A stretch of 26,432 nucleotides of DNA. Origin: a virus. Taxonomy: Duplodnaviria; Caudoviricetes. The DNA lies in the IMG/VR virus record IMGVR_UViG_3300017747_003845, positions 1-26,432 of that record; one strand, written 5' to 3'. Positions within the stretch are counted from its first letter, which is position 1. The number at the start of each line of letters is the position of its first letter. Below are positions 23,165 through 26,432 of this stretch, in pieces. The notes under the pieces are model-generated. The model saw only the letters and a list, made by a program, of their open reading frames with translations. It was not told where the DNA came from and did no database searches. The translations under genes were made by a program, and so were the position numbers.

Positions 23165-23313
23165 TGAAAGAAATGATTAAACGTGCTGATGGTTCTTATT
23201 CTCAAAGAGGTCTTTGGGATAATATCCGAGCTAATAAGGGTTCTGGTAAAGAGCCGACAAAAGAAATGCTGAAGCAAGAGAAAAAGATTAAATTAAAAGT
23301 AAAAAAGAGATAA
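23164..23313 (+). CDS. 49-aa basic conserved phage protein (GLWDNIRA family)
   Basis: Below the track cutoff. MKEMIKRADGSYSQRGLWDNIRANKGSGKEPTKEMLKQEKKIKLKVKKR fills the gap exactly. Confidence 0.75.
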   Translation: MKEMIKRADGSYSQRGLWDNIRANKGSGKEPTKEMLKQEKKIKLKVKKR

Positions 23314-23314
23314 A

Positions 23315-23740
23315 ATGGCTACTGTATTCAAAGTAAAGAATGATGAGAAGGGTGGAGGGAAGTCAAGCTTAACGCCAGAGTTAGTTCAGTCTAAGCTATT
23401 TTATTTGTCTGATGCGGCCCACAAGTTGCATCTTGACACTAAGTCTTATGCTCAACATAAAGCTTTAGGAAAACTTTACGAAGGTCTGATTGGATTCCGT
23501 GATGAGATTTCTGAGAAGATGATGGGGTACATGGATGGGAAGCGTATCGGTTCAATTAAAGTAGGAGCACTTCCCGAGTTTTCTGAAAAAGCAGCTATGG
23601 ATTTGGCCAAAGAAGTTCGTGACTTTGGTATGGAGCTTAAAGAATATGCTGAAGAAAAAGATTTTTGTGATGTAGAGAACGTAGCCCAATCTTTGTCTGG
23701 CCTTGGGGCAAGTACTGTGTATTTACTAACCTTAACATAA
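23315..23740 (+). CDS. Ferritin/Dps-like protein (DUF5856-like)
   Basis: AHKLHLDTKSYAQHKALGKLYEGL...DEISEKMMG and C-terminal TVYLLTL. Confidence 0.8.
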   Translation: MATVFKVKNDEKGGGKSSLTPELVQSKLFYLSDAAHKLHLDTKSYAQHKALGKLYEGLIGFRDEISEKMMGYMDGKRIGSIKVGALPEFSEKAAMDLAKEVRDFGMELKEYAEEKDFCDVENVAQSLSGLGASTVYLLTLT

Positions 23741-23744
23741 ACGT

Positions 23745-24926
23745 ATGTCGGAAACAACAAATCAAGTTCAACAAGGAGCTGAAGAACAGCAGTCGGCTCA
23801 ACAAACTCCAGAAGCTCAATTACCCAATCCATTTTTGGAAAGTAGTTGGGCTAATCCTCAAGATATTTCTGAGGAGGGAAGTGCTGCCTCTACTTCCCAA
23901 TCTTCGTATCAAGAAGAAGAAGAAATTCTAGACCCTAACGAATGGCTTAAACGTGAATTTTCTTGGGAAAGCACTGAGCAAGCTAAAGCTGAATTAGAAG
24001 AACTCCGTAGTTTTCGCGAGCGTCAAGAAGAGCAGGAGATTGAATTTGAGAATGAAGAAAGCTTAAACCTGTTTCGCCTCTTTAAGGAAGGGAAGCAGGA
24101 TGACGTGTATAGTTATTTAGAAAACAGACGAAAGCTTGATAAGCTTTTAACGTCTGAAGTAAATAAGGAAACTGCGGCTGACATTATTAAGTTGTCATTG
24201 CAGAATACTTACAAAGATTTGACTCCTGAAGAAATCGAATATCGGTTTAAGCGGGAGTTCGGTGTACCTGAAAAACCAGTTCAAAGAGATATTGAAACGG
24301 ATGAAGAGTATGCCGAAAGACTTTCTAGTTGGGAATCCAAGGTAAAAGATGTTGAGACTGATTTGCTTATTGAAGCAAAGCTGGCTCGTCCCGAACTAGA
24401 AAAAATGAAGAGTGAGCTAGTTTTCCCAGATATAGAAGATGGTCGTGAGCAAAGCCAACTAACCCAAGAGGAATTGGAAGTGCAGGCGCAGTATATCGAC
24501 CAATTCAAGGAAATCGCTGCTGAACAACTCGTTAACTTTGATGGTTTTAGCGTTTCGGTGAAAGACGAAGAAGTCGAAATCCCGTTATCTTACGCTATTT
24601 CTGACGAAGAGAAACAGTATGTTGCAGGACAACTAGAACGGTTTGCTGAAGCTAACTTTGATGCAAACGTGATTTTGGCTGAACGATGGCTGGATGACAA
24701 AGGTAACATCGACACTTCCCAAGTGGTAAAAGACTTAGCTTTATTATTGAGCGAGGGGAAGATGAGCCAGAAGTTTGTTAATGAGGCTGCCTCAAAGCGC
24801 CTTGCAGAGCACATTCGCAGAACCAGCAATATAAGCTTGGGTTCTCGTGCTCCACAACAAACATTCAACCCAGAATCCAAATCAGACAGAGATAAGCAAA
24901 TTGAATATATCTGGAAGAACAGTTGA
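23745..24926 (+). CDS. Acidic capsid scaffolding-like protein
   Basis: Highly E-rich helical protein immediately upstream of the major capsid gene. Confidence 0.7.
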   Translation: MSETTNQVQQGAEEQQSAQQTPEAQLPNPFLESSWANPQDISEEGSAASTSQSSYQEEEEILDPNEWLKREFSWESTEQAKAELEELRSFRERQEEQEIEFENEESLNLFRLFKEGKQDDVYSYLENRRKLDKLLTSEVNKETAADIIKLSLQNTYKDLTPEEIEYRFKREFGVPEKPVQRDIETDEEYAERLSSWESKVKDVETDLLIEAKLARPELEKMKSELVFPDIEDGREQSQLTQEELEVQAQYIDQFKEIAAEQLVNFDGFSVSVKDEEVEIPLSYAISDEEKQYVAGQLERFAEANFDANVILAERWLDDKGNIDTSQVVKDLALLLSEGKMSQKFVNEAASKRLAEHIRRTSNISLGSRAPQQTFNPESKSDRDKQIEYIWKNS

Positions 24927-24958
24927 CATATATACAATAACAATTAAATCTCAAAAAA

Positions 24959-26398
24959 ATGGCAGGAATTCCTACCTCGAATATACTCCAACCGGGTAAT
25001 ATTAGTTTATCCGGCGGTATAAATCGGCAACTTGTGTCAGACCTTCAACTTCTGACACCTCAGTATTACAAGAACTATGTTGAAAAATATGGTTCTGAAG
25101 ACTTCACTTGGTGGCTTTCTACATACGCAGGTATGGAAGAAGTTAAAAACCGTGACTTCTTTTGGTTTGAAAACCGTGGTAAACTTATCACTGGTATTCA
25201 AGCCGCTGCTAACGTATCTGGTGCTACAGCAGGTTCTACAATCACCGTAACATTGGCTGCTGGTTATCACTACAACAGTGGTACTCAAGCTCCTTTGCGT
25301 CCCGGTGAAACTGTTCGTGTAGCTTCAACCAACGTAGAAGGTCAAATTTTGGCCATCACTGGTACTACAGCGAACGCCTTCACTTTCACAGTTCGTCCAA
25401 AAATCTCTACCCAATCTTTGTCGTCTGCCGGGGCTAGCAACACTTTTCTCGCTACTGACGTATTCATTTTTGGTGGTATTATGGACGCTGGTGAAGCTTC
25501 TACTTCTAATCAACCAATGATTCAGTTGGATGAGAAGTACACTAACACCATCACTGAAATGCGTGAAACTTTCACAGCAACTGACCTCGCTGAGATGACC
25601 GAAGTGTATTACACTGGCGGTTTCACTGGTGATGTTCCTGCTGGTGGTGCTCAAGCTGGTACTTCCCTCTTCACATTGAAAGGGTTGGTTAAATCAAACG
25701 TACGTTTTAAAGACGACGTTGAGATGAAGCTGATGCGTGGTAATATCGTAAACAACACTGGTCTGTCTACTTCAACTTCAGTAGGTTCTGAGGGTATCAT
25801 CCCTAAAGTTCTGGCTGATGGTGAAACAGTAGGTTATACCGCTGGTAACCTCGATATCGCCAAAATTCACGAAATCACCCGTATCATGGATGTGAACGGT
25901 TGTACTAGTGAGAACATGTGGCTGCAAGACATCTATCAGAACCAAAACTTCTCTGATGGTCTGTTTGCTGCATACCCTGCTGGTGCTTGGGTTTGGGGAA
26001 GTAACGAAAAATCTGAAGAGGCTGCAATCAGCTATGGTTGCAAATCTATCGCTATCGATGGATACCACTTCAAGGTTAAGAAGTATCGTCCTTTCAACTC
26101 CGAGTATCTGACTGGAGTAACTCCTACCACTGACTTCTTCCGTAACTTCGGTATGATTTGCCCTCAAGGCGAAACTCGCGATGCTAAGGATGCAAGCAAG
26201 ACATACAAGAATATCTCCATCATGTACCAACAACCTCCTAAAGGTGGTACTATTGGAAACGGTATCCGTGTATGGCAGTGGGGTGGTGGTTCTCAGAATC
26301 CTACCACAGGAACCATGAACGATAACGTGGAAATGATTACTTACCGTGGTAGCCGCGTAGTTGCAGCTAACCAGTTCGTAATTGTACAAGCTTCCTAA
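24959..26398 (+). CDS. Major capsid protein
   Basis: 479 aa with strongly biased codon usage. Features FFWFE, a T/A/G-rich insertion, GSEGII and GYHFK resemble crAss-related HK97-fold capsids. It follows the scaffold gene. Confidence 0.85.
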   Translation: MAGIPTSNILQPGNISLSGGINRQLVSDLQLLTPQYYKNYVEKYGSEDFTWWLSTYAGMEEVKNRDFFWFENRGKLITGIQAAANVSGATAGSTITVTLAAGYHYNSGTQAPLRPGETVRVASTNVEGQILAITGTTANAFTFTVRPKISTQSLSSAGASNTFLATDVFIFGGIMDAGEASTSNQPMIQLDEKYTNTITEMRETFTATDLAEMTEVYYTGGFTGDVPAGGAQAGTSLFTLKGLVKSNVRFKDDVEMKLMRGNIVNNTGLSTSTSVGSEGIIPKVLADGETVGYTAGNLDIAKIHEITRIMDVNGCTSENMWLQDIYQNQNFSDGLFAAYPAGAWVWGSNEKSEEAAISYGCKSIAIDGYHFKVKKYRPFNSEYLTGVTPTTDFFRNFGMICPQGETRDAKDASKTYKNISIMYQQPPKGGTIGNGIRVWQWGGGSQNPTTGTMNDNVEMITYRGSRVVAANQFVIVQAS

Positions 26399-26432
26399 TA
26401 TTTAGGAACAAACTCGGGGGCGGTGAAATATC

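Noticed and set aside
15235-26389. Numerous minus-strand ORFs opposite the late genes (e.g. 15991-16575, 16600-17115, 18479-18991, 25778-26389)
   Set aside because: Antisense shadows of well-supported plus-strand genes, with no recognisable motifs.
1-26432. Stop-codon reassignment as in some crAss-like phages
   Set aside because: All large genes are intact in the standard bacterial code, and TAG and TGA both end genes at sensible operon junctions. No suppressor tRNA was seen.
26410-26432. Possible terminator after the major capsid gene
   Set aside because: Only a GC-rich 5' arm (CTCGGGGGCGGTG) is visible before the window ends, so it cannot be confirmed.
1-26432. Integrase, att site, tRNA, IS element, reverse transcriptase/DGR
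   Set aside because: No supporting motifs were found by eye. Lifestyle (temperate versus lytic) cannot be determined from this window.

Overview
This window is about 26 kb of a tailed dsDNA phage genome, most likely infecting a Bacteroidota host. Evidence for the host: many TAnnTTTG -7 promoter boxes, A-rich translation starts without Shine-Dalgarno sites, and terminase/portal/capsid proteins of the crAss-like or Flavobacteriia-phage type. The left part (1-10074, mostly minus strand) is an early recombination/replication arm: YqaJ-like exonuclease, Rad52/Sak-like annealing protein, metallophosphoesterase, SSB-like protein, T7 gp4/Twinkle-type primase-helicase, DUF4373-type initiator and an HNH-like nuclease. 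The right part (11311-26398, plus strand) has four glycosyltransferases, several small basic proteins, a GroES-like protein, terminase, portal, a ferritin-like protein, a scaffold and the major capsid protein. The most unusual signals are: (i) short U-rich RNA cassettes ending in terminators with a shared CUGUUUCUACAG hairpin top, one being a perfect 16-nt antisense match to a phage start-codon region; (ii) a switch-like structured leader ahead of the replication operon; (iii) 11-bp-period iteron-like arrays inside the initiator gene; (iv) a strand-skewed G-rich island with a strong G-quadruplex motif; and (v) a K-hydrophobic-K-V-K terminal tag shared by seven unrelated late proteins. All protein assignments come from motif recognition by eye; no database search was run.
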